From contig MU054132.1 of assembly GCA_013239625.1 (NCBI GenBank), positions 868,001 to 932,000 on the forward strand: DNA of 64,000 nucleotides, read 5' to 3'. The stretch is from Lama guanicoe (lineage: Eukaryota). Below the pieces are notes generated by a model that was not told where the DNA came from, made no database searches, and saw only the letters and a list, made by a program, of their open reading frames with translations. The position numbers were made by a program, and so were the translations under genes. Below are positions 63,887 through 64,000 of the stretch, in pieces (positions within the stretch are counted from its first letter, which is position 1; each line of letters starts with the position of its first letter).

Positions 63887-64000
63887 CCTACAAGTAAAGA
63901 ATGATTGCTGCATTTTTACTTAATTTAAAAAATTTTTGTTTTTTATTTTGAAGTATGGTTGATTTACAATGTTAGTGATTTTGAATTTTTAAAAGATTAA

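Overview
Mammalian genomic DNA. The tRNA-derived SINEs resemble the camelid Vic-1 family, so probably alpaca, vicuna or camel. The whole window lies inside SMARCC1 (BAF155, core SWI/SNF subunit) on the minus strand. Fourteen consecutive GT-AG coding exons (62629 down to 3304; 1815 nt, 605 codons) join in one open frame encoding the SWIRM domain, SANT domain, acidic linker, coiled-coil and start of the Pro/Gln-rich tail. By recalled human exon sizes these are exons 13-26 of 28; both gene ends lie outside the window. Introns are filled with L1, L2, MIR, MaLR/ERVL LTRs, hAT-Charlie DNA transposons and lineage SINEs. Most interesting: (1) a non-repetitive block in intron 25 (about 7000-7700) with two candidate stop-containing poison exons, suggesting splicing-coupled NMD control of BAF155 dosage, plus a 25-nt candidate poison microexon in intron 19; (2) a TSD-flanked U6 snRNA/L1 chimeric retrocopy; (3) inverted SINE and L1 pairs that could form dsRNA; (4) a 24-bp duplication whose junction is a palindromic CRE. 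Repeat family names, exon numbering and human comparisons come from memory, not database searches; repeat boundaries are approximate unless TSDs are given.
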